From Deltaproteobacteria bacterium (GTDB lineage: Bacteria > Desulfobacterota > Desulfomonilia > UBA1062), in contig JAHDOV010000012.1 in the NCBI GenBank assembly GCA_018434685.1, positions 1,590 to 65,589 on the forward strand: a stretch of 64,000 nucleotides of DNA, in the 5' to 3' direction. Both the position numbers and the translations under genes were made by a program. Within the stretch, counting starts at the first letter, position 1, and the number at the start of each line of letters is the position of its first letter. The notes beneath the pieces are model-generated. The model was not told the DNA's origin. It was given only the letters and a program-made list of their open reading frames with translations, and searched no databases. This document shows positions 58,721 through 64,000 of the stretch, one piece after another.

Positions 58721-59590
58721 ATGTACAGGAAAGTGAACAGGAGATACCAAATGTTTGACCAGCTAGAAAAAATCAATATTCCCCCCGAACCATTCGAGTT
58801 CTATACGGCCAGTGACTTGTGGACGGACGAGTATACATCTAAGCAGATGCTGAAGTTCCACCTGAACGAGGAAATCGATGTTTCATCCCGTAATGCTGCT
58901 TTTATCGACCGGTCTGTAGACTGGATAACTTCGCACTTCAACATCGGAGCCGGAAAGAAGATTGCCGACTTCGGCTGCGGTCCGGGATTATATGCCACAA
59001 GACTGGCTCGAAGGCATGCGGAAGTGACCGGTATAGACTTCTCGAAGAGGTCGATTCAATATGCACGAGAGGTCGCAGCAAGGGAAGGACTCACCATTCA
59101 TTATATAAACCGGAACTATCTGGATTTTGATACTGATGATCGGTTTTCTCTCATCATGATGATCATGTGCGATTTTTGTGCCCTCAGTCCCACCCAGAGG
59201 AGACAAATGCTCTCCAGGTTTCATACGTTCCTGGAGCCCTGCGGTTCTGTTCTTCTCGATGTGTATTCTCTGAAAGCCTTCAGCGAACGGGAAGAGAAAG
59301 CACTCTATGAAGTCAATCTGCTTAATGGCTTCTGGTCCCCGAATAAATACTACGGCTTTCTCAATACCTTCAAATACCAGAAGGAGAACGTGGTTCTTGA
59401 TAAATACACTATCATCGAAGCGGCACGATCACGAACAGTCTATAACTGGCTGCAATATTTCAGTCCTGAAGGCTTGGAGAGTGAGTTCCAGCAGTGCGGT
59501 TTTACCATTGAAGGCTATTATTCAGATGTCGCCGGAACCCCATTTACACCGGAAGGCAGAGAATTTGCCGTTGTTGCAAAGAAGCTATAG
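58721..59590 (+). CDS. Class I SAM-dependent methyltransferase
   Basis: Motif I is IADFGCGPGLYA. M at 58751 is an alternative start. Confidence 0.7.
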   Translation: MYRKVNRRYQMFDQLEKINIPPEPFEFYTASDLWTDEYTSKQMLKFHLNEEIDVSSRNAAFIDRSVDWITSHFNIGAGKKIADFGCGPGLYATRLARRHAEVTGIDFSKRSIQYAREVAAREGLTIHYINRNYLDFDTDDRFSLIMMIMCDFCALSPTQRRQMLSRFHTFLEPCGSVLLDVYSLKAFSEREEKALYEVNLLNGFWSPNKYYGFLNTFKYQKENVVLDKYTIIEAARSRTVYNWLQYFSPEGLESEFQQCGFTIEGYYSDVAGTPFTPEGREFAVVAKKL

Positions 59591-59786
59591 CAAGCACAGA
59601 ACAACAGCATCAGCGGACAACGTTCGCCATCTATAGGGAACCAGGGGACATCCACCAGCTCCCCTACTTATGCCTTCCCTGGAATACTCCTCGTAAATCA
59701 CGTCGGGTAAGCTGACTCCTTCCGGGGGGACACCTTCTCCCCGTCCCCTATGAAAACCTCTTAATCTCTTAAGACTTCAAAACCCC

Positions 59787-59856
59787 GAAAAACCCTCCGG
59801 GCGGTAAACTTTCATCTGCCCATTTCCAGCAAGTCTTATCTCGCCCATTGACAGAC
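59787..59856 (+). repeat. Copy 1 of a ~70-bp repeat (second copy at 62358..62427) flanking the cytochrome/rhodanese pair
   Basis: Copy 1 is gaaaaaccctccgggcggtaaactttcatctgcccatttccagcaagtcttatctcgcccattgacagac. Copy 2 is gaaaaaccctccgggtggtaaccttttatttgcccattcctggtaagttttatctctcccatgaacagag. Confidence 0.6.
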
Positions 59857-60081
59857 TTGTCGCCTAGTCTCCCTTCCGTCCTGCCCCCTCTTCCGTCGTG
59901 GCAGGCCTATTGTCTTTTTTCAATTTCCTCCTATTTTAATAACAGGAATCATACTTATGCATCATCATAGTATTTTTGAGCGCAAGCTGCGGGAGAATGA
60001 TACATGCGGCCGGACGGCCCACTCCTGCATCCCACGTGAAGAGTGGGGCTATGCAATCGAGGACAAGGGGGATGAGGTGAT

Positions 60082-61326
60082 ATGAAGTATTGGCCTTTAT
60101 TTCTGTTTCTGACGGTTATGGTGCTCATTCCAGTGCCTGACTACGCCCCGTTGGCTGATTCCAACACCTGCGTCACCTGCCATACGGACGATTCCAAGCT
60201 GAAGGCTCTGGTCAAACCGCCCCAGATCGGAGGCGAGGGGGAAGGCTGAGCAGGCGCGCCTCCGCCGGTCCGGGCGGAAGACTACTACAAGGGCTACCTG
60301 ATCGATGCCGGGCTCCTCACCAAGGACCCCCACCTCAGCATGGGATGCCCCACCTGCCACCAGGGCAATGTCGATGCGCAGGATAAGGATGAGGCCCATA
60401 AAGGGATGATAAAACGTCCTTCCGACGATCTGAAATCCAGCTGCGGAACGTGCCACAGCACGATCACCGGCACCTATGGCAAGTCTTTGCACTACACCAC
60501 CCAGGGGCAGCGCCAGGGGGTCATCGGGAGATTCTCGAAGGCAGAGACGTCCACGTTCGACAAGAAGGTATTCGAGCAGTCATGCCGCAGCTGCCACGCA
60601 TCGTGCGGGGACTGCCATGTCAAGTCGCCTCCGGTCTCGGGAATCAGCGTGGGGCTCATCGCCGGCCACAAATTCGTGAAAAAGGACGAGGGCAAGACCT
60701 GCGCCTTCTGCCACGGCGGACGCGTCTACCCTGAGTTTACCGGTGAATACGGGGGATCTACGGATGTCCACTACCAGAAGGGCATGATGTGTGTGGACTG
60801 CCACCAAAAGGTCGAGCTGCACGGCGACGGCCAGAGCTATATGACCAAGCAGGACGTTCCACAGCGGCCCAAGTGTACCAACTGCCACGACGCCTACAAC
60901 TCGGACAAGGTACGCACACAGGTCGCCCATGATGTCCACAAGGACAGGGTGAGCTGCTATGGCTGTCATGCTGCAGGCCAATACCGAGACTGCTCCAGCT
61001 GTCATCTGGGTAAAGGCGCCACATCCAAGGCCGCCTTCACGCTGGGAAGGAACCCGCGCAACGTAAAGGAGGTCACCACATTGAGGCTCGTCCCTACGGT
61101 GCGGGAAACCTTTGCCAAGGCCGGCATCAAAATGGAAAACTTTGACGCACTTCCCAATTACTGGAATACGCCTGCCCACACTATCCGCAAGCGCACGGAC
61201 CGCACCCGTAACTGCGATTCCTGCCATGTGGATCGCAAGCATTTTTTAACAAAGGAAATGCTCATCAAGAACGGCTCCAAGGCTAATGAAGGACTGATCA
61301 TGGCACCGAAACCAATTACACAATAG
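60082..61326 (+). CDS. Periplasmic multiheme cytochrome c (11 CxxCH) with an in-frame TGA at 60247..60249 (candidate selenocysteine)
   Basis: An ATG follows a gggggatgaggtga RBS. The first segment is signal peptide MKYWPLFLFLTVMVLIPVP plus heme 1 CVTCH ...GGEGEG. TGA follows, and the same frame continues AGAPPPV... with 10 further CxxCH motifs. A stem (tccgcc-ggtccg-ggcgga) lies 11 nt downstream of the TGA. The downstream part alone (60340..) would lack any signal peptide. Confidence 0.5.
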
Positions 61327-61337
61327 GAGGGATAAAG

Positions 61338-62264
61338 ATGAGACGATTCGAATTATTGAGAGTATTGCTGGTGTTCCTGTTGATTGTAATGCCGGCAGCG
61401 GTTTTGGCCCAGGGGCTCAGTCCGATTACCTCAACCGATGAACTGTCAAAAAGCCTGAACGATCCCACTGTGGTTGTTCTCGATATCCGCAAGGTAGAGA
61501 ATTATAAGGCCGGCCACATTCCAGGCGCCATCGGGATTTTTTATAACAGCCTGGCGCCGGGTAAAGGAGACATGCAGAATCAGCTGCCCGAGGATGATGA
61601 TCTGATCGACCTGCTTTCCGAGAGCGGCATTCAGCCGGATTCACAGGTCGTGGTCTACGGCACGACAGGCACAGGGGCCGACCGGGTCAATGTCACCCGT
61701 GTGGCCTGGACACTGAAGTACGCCGGCCTTCAGAAAGTCTCTGTCTTGAGCGGCGGCATGGAAAAATGGTCGGTACGTGAGGAAAGAGAACTTTCCACGG
61801 AAACCGTAAAACCCAAAAGCAAGGACTATGAAGGCACGTTTAACAAAGGCGTGTTGGCCACAAAGGACTATGTAAAGGCTCAGATCGGCAAGTCCATCAT
61901 TGTTGATACACGTGAGCCCGCGTTTTTCAGCGGTGAGCAGAAACTTCCATTCGTGGCGAAAGCGGGCAGAATCAAGGGTGCGGTCAACCTGCCGACCATC
62001 CAGGTTTTCGACAAATATCCCCCCGGCGAACATATGGAGCAATGCTGCTGGACATACAAAGATGTCGATGCGCTCAAAAATATGGCCACCGGTGTTGTCG
62101 GCAACGACCTGACCAAAGAGATCATCGTATATTGCGACTCCGGCCGTGTAGCCAGCACCTGGTGGTTTATTTTAAGCGAAGTGTTGGGCTACAAAAATGT
62201 GAAGAACTACGACGGCTCGATGGAAGAATGGTCAAAGGATGAAACGGCTCCGATAGAGCCATAA
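61338..62264 (+). CDS. Periplasmic tandem-rhodanese sulfurtransferase
   Basis: It has a signal peptide, two rhodanese domains and the active-site loop IVYCDSGRVAS. Confidence 0.8.
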   Translation: MRRFELLRVLLVFLLIVMPAAVLAQGLSPITSTDELSKSLNDPTVVVLDIRKVENYKAGHIPGAIGIFYNSLAPGKGDMQNQLPEDDDLIDLLSESGIQPDSQVVVYGTTGTGADRVNVTRVAWTLKYAGLQKVSVLSGGMEKWSVREERELSTETVKPKSKDYEGTFNKGVLATKDYVKAQIGKSIIVDTREPAFFSGEQKLPFVAKAGRIKGAVNLPTIQVFDKYPPGEHMEQCCWTYKDVDALKNMATGVVGNDLTKEIIVYCDSGRVASTWWFILSEVLGYKNVKNYDGSMEEWSKDETAPIEP

Positions 62265-62272
62265 ATACAATT

Positions 62273-62314
62273 CACCGTCGGGGTTCTCCCTATTGAGAGG
62301 GAATCCCGACGGTG
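62273..62314 (+). terminator. Long perfect hairpin after the rhodanese gene (terminator-like, weak U tract)
   Basis: The stem caccgtcggg is followed by an inner stem ctccct/agaggg, then cccgacggtg. Confidence 0.45.
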
Positions 62315-62357
62315 CTTTACTTGATGGGGAAAAACAGGACATACCCCGAATGCTCCT

Positions 62358-62427
62358 GAAAAACCCTCCGGGTGGTAACCTTTTATTTGCCCATTCCTGG
62401 TAAGTTTTATCTCTCCCATGAACAGAG
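62358..62427 (+). repeat. Copy 2 of the ~70-bp repeat
   Basis: See 59787..59856. Confidence 0.6.
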
Positions 62428-62645
62428 CGGGCTTGAGGTGTGTTACCGGTTTTTTGTCGCGGCTGAAGCCGCTCCTCCAGCTCAGGGAGCACTATGGTAT
62501 CTCTTGTTCAGGACATTGCACGGTTCGGGATATCGGTGCTCGCGGCTGAAGCCGCTCCTACAGAGGCCGGATGTGGTTTTGAGAGAGTGGGCGATTCAGG
62601 TTTCGGATCTCGAGCGATCAGGTCCGGAATTACCGGTGAAAGGAA

Positions 62646-63473
62646 TCAGTTTCCGGGACCATCCGGGGATTGCCTGAGGAGAAATCTCTCGACCAGCTGG
62701 CGTGTCGCCTGCTCCAGGCCGATCTCCTCTATGCCCAGGCTGTTGAGGAACCCGCGGTAGAGCAGCCGCTCGCCGGGCTCAATCCCCGGTATGTGCTGCC
62801 GGGGATAGTCTTTGATCAGGCCGAGCACCCCCTGCGAGCAGAGCGTTGTCATGCCGTCTTCGATGACGACCACGCTGTCCGCGCACTCGAGATCGTCGAG
62901 CCTGTGGGATATGTGGATGATCGTCTTGCCGTATTTCCGGTTGAGTTCCCTGACCGTGTCCAGCAGGGTGAACCTGCTCAGGGGGTCGAGCATCACGGTT
63001 CCTTCGTCGAGCACGAGCACATCCACATCGAGTGCCAGCTGCCCGGCAAAGACGACCTTTGCGAGTTCGCCGCCGGAGATCGCGGAGGTGAGTTCACGCC
63101 GGAGATATTCCCCGTGGATGGCACCGAGCGACGAGTCGATCCGCTCGTTGATCTCAGCGCTGGGTAATGCCATGTTCTCCGGTCCGAAGGCGATATCCTC
63201 CTCGACGACAAGGCTCACCACCTGGTTTGCAGGGTTGGCCAGGACCAGTCCTACCCTCAGGCCGTGAGTATCGATGCTTCCCTGGTGAGGGGTGAGGATG
63301 CCGGTGATGAGGTAGGCAAGGGTGGTCTTTCCCGAACCGTTGCGCCCGACCACGCCAAAGTACGAACCTTTAGGCACCTCGAGATCGATGTTCCGGATAA
63401 TGGTTCGGTTTTCAAAAGAGAAGGCTACCCCCGACAAGGTTATTGCGGGAGGCAGCCCCTCTTTTTCGGTCAA
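62646..63473 (-). CDS. ecfA: ECF-transporter / ABC ATP-binding protein (EcfA-like)
   Basis: It has Walker A GRNGSGKTT, the ABC signature LSGGE, Walker B VLVLDE, and the conserved rplQ-ecfA gene order. The start is uncertain: the ORF-track ATG at 63515 overlaps rplQ, so a TTG near 63473 is used here. Confidence 0.7.
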   Translation of the reverse strand: MTEKEGLPPAITLSGVAFSFENRTIIRNIDLEVPKGSYFGVVGRNGSGKTTLAYLITGILTPHQGSIDTHGLRVGLVLANPANQVVSLVVEEDIAFGPENMALPSAEINERIDSSLGAIHGEYLRRELTSAISGGELAKVVFAGQLALDVDVLVLDEGTVMLDPLSRFTLLDTVRELNRKYGKTIIHISHRLDDLECADSVVVIEDGMTTLCSQGVLGLIKDYPRQHIPGIEPGERLLYRGFLNSLGIEEIGLEQATRQLVERFLLRQSPDGPGN

Positions 63474-63856
63474 GACTGTTTCTCGGTAGGTTTTTCGGTA
63501 AGCGGTCCGACCCACTCGATGATGACCATGGGTGCCCCGTCTCCCTTGCGGTTTTTGTGATGAATAATCCTGGTGTATCCACCGTCTCTGCCAACGAATC
63601 TGGGGCCGAGTTCCTTCATGAGTTTCCCGAGCGCCTCTTTGGTCTGGACGGTTTTGCCTGCACGCCGAACAGCTGCGAGATCTCCCTTCTTGCCCAGGGT
63701 GATCATCCGCTCTGCGAGTTTGCGGAGTTCCTTGGCCTTGGCCTCAGTCGTCTCAAGCTTCTCATGGAGGATCAGGGAGGTTACCAGATTCTTCATCATT
63801 GCCTCTTTATGATCCGTTGTGCGTCCGAGTTTTCTTCCTGCTATCTGATGATACAT
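63470..63856 (-). CDS. rplQ: 50S ribosomal protein L17
   Basis: The N-terminus MYHQIAGRKLGRTTDHKEAMMKNLVTSLILHEKLETTEAKAKELR is the canonical L17 N-terminus. Confidence 0.9.
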   Translation of the reverse strand: MYHQIAGRKLGRTTDHKEAMMKNLVTSLILHEKLETTEAKAKELRKLAERMITLGKKGDLAAVRRAGKTVQTKEALGKLMKELGPRFVGRDGGYTRIIHHKNRKGDGAPMVIIEWVGPLTEKPTEKQS

Positions 63857-63871
63857 CTCTTCACCCCAATT

Positions 63872-64000
63872 CTACTTGCTTTCCTCTTCTTCCATTCTCC
63901 GACGTCTCTCTTCGATCTCATCAGAAGAAGGCAGATCGGTAATGTTCATGCCGATGTGAAGCCCCATCTTCGCGAGCTTTTCCTTGATCTCCTCGAGTGA
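63872..64000 (-). CDS. rpoA: DNA-directed RNA polymerase alpha subunit, C-terminal end (partial; continues beyond the window)
   Basis: The minus-strand translation ...SLEEIKEKLAKMGLHIGMNITDLPSSDEIEERRRRMEEEESK* is rpoA-like and lies immediately upstream of rplQ. Confidence 0.7.
   Translation of the reverse strand, partial: SLEEIKEKLAKMGLHIGMNITDLPSSDEIEERRRRMEEEESK

Noticed and set aside
60247-60249. Alternative reading of the cytochrome TGA as a true stop separating two genes
   Set aside because: It is not adopted as primary because the downstream part would begin directly with a heme-binding motif and no signal peptide. It is retained as the main alternative (a pseudogene) in the finding.
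63474-63515. An upstream ATG start for ecfA that overlaps rplQ by 46 nt
   Set aside because: Such a long overlap with a ribosomal protein gene is unlikely. A near-cognate start just after the rplQ stop is more plausible, but it could not be resolved without homolog alignment.

Overview
This window reads as a high-GC (about 60%) chromosomal segment from an anaerobic bacterium. The gene content is most consistent with a delta-proteobacterial (Thermodesulfobacteriota-like) organism, but that placement is a guess. Roughly 1-45.5 kb is core-like. It holds a partial permease gene, then an ECF sigma / anti-sigma pair with CBM48-like sensor domains, a monofunctional peptidoglycan glycosyltransferase, the lipocalin Blc, TrmO, two crotonases, PhzF, two S33-type alpha/beta hydrolases, an M23 peptidase, a PAS-GGDEF protein and a PilZ protein. 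A complete nine-gene V/A-type ATPase operon follows (H/G-C-I-K-F-E-A-B-D). After it come a B12-binding radical SAM gene coupled to a patatin-like phospholipase, a type II NADH dehydrogenase (NDH-2), and an operon encoding a secreted Kunitz/BPTI-domain protein, a 17-ankyrin-repeat protein and a membrane protein. From about 45.5 kb to 59.9 kb the sequence is a lower-GC accessory island that I interpret as a degenerate chromosomal integron. The evidence is a 5'-truncated IntI-like tyrosine-recombinase remnant, a duplicated ~210-bp repeat carrying a consensus sigma70 promoter aimed at the cassettes, at least twelve short promoterless ORFs separated by attC-like imperfect palindromes with extrahelical bases, and MITE-like elements. 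The window ends with rpoA (partial), rplQ and ecfA. Two genes carry an in-frame TGA at positions that argue for selenocysteine rather than termination. One is a HesB/IscA-like gene with TGA exactly at the conserved GGG-C-SGF cysteine. The other is a signal-peptide-bearing 11-heme cytochrome c, where TGA separates the signal peptide plus heme 1 from hemes 2-11, with a periplasmic tandem rhodanese next to it. No rRNA, tRNA or CRISPR was recognised. Coordinates were refined by hand from the sequence and may be off by a few nucleotides.
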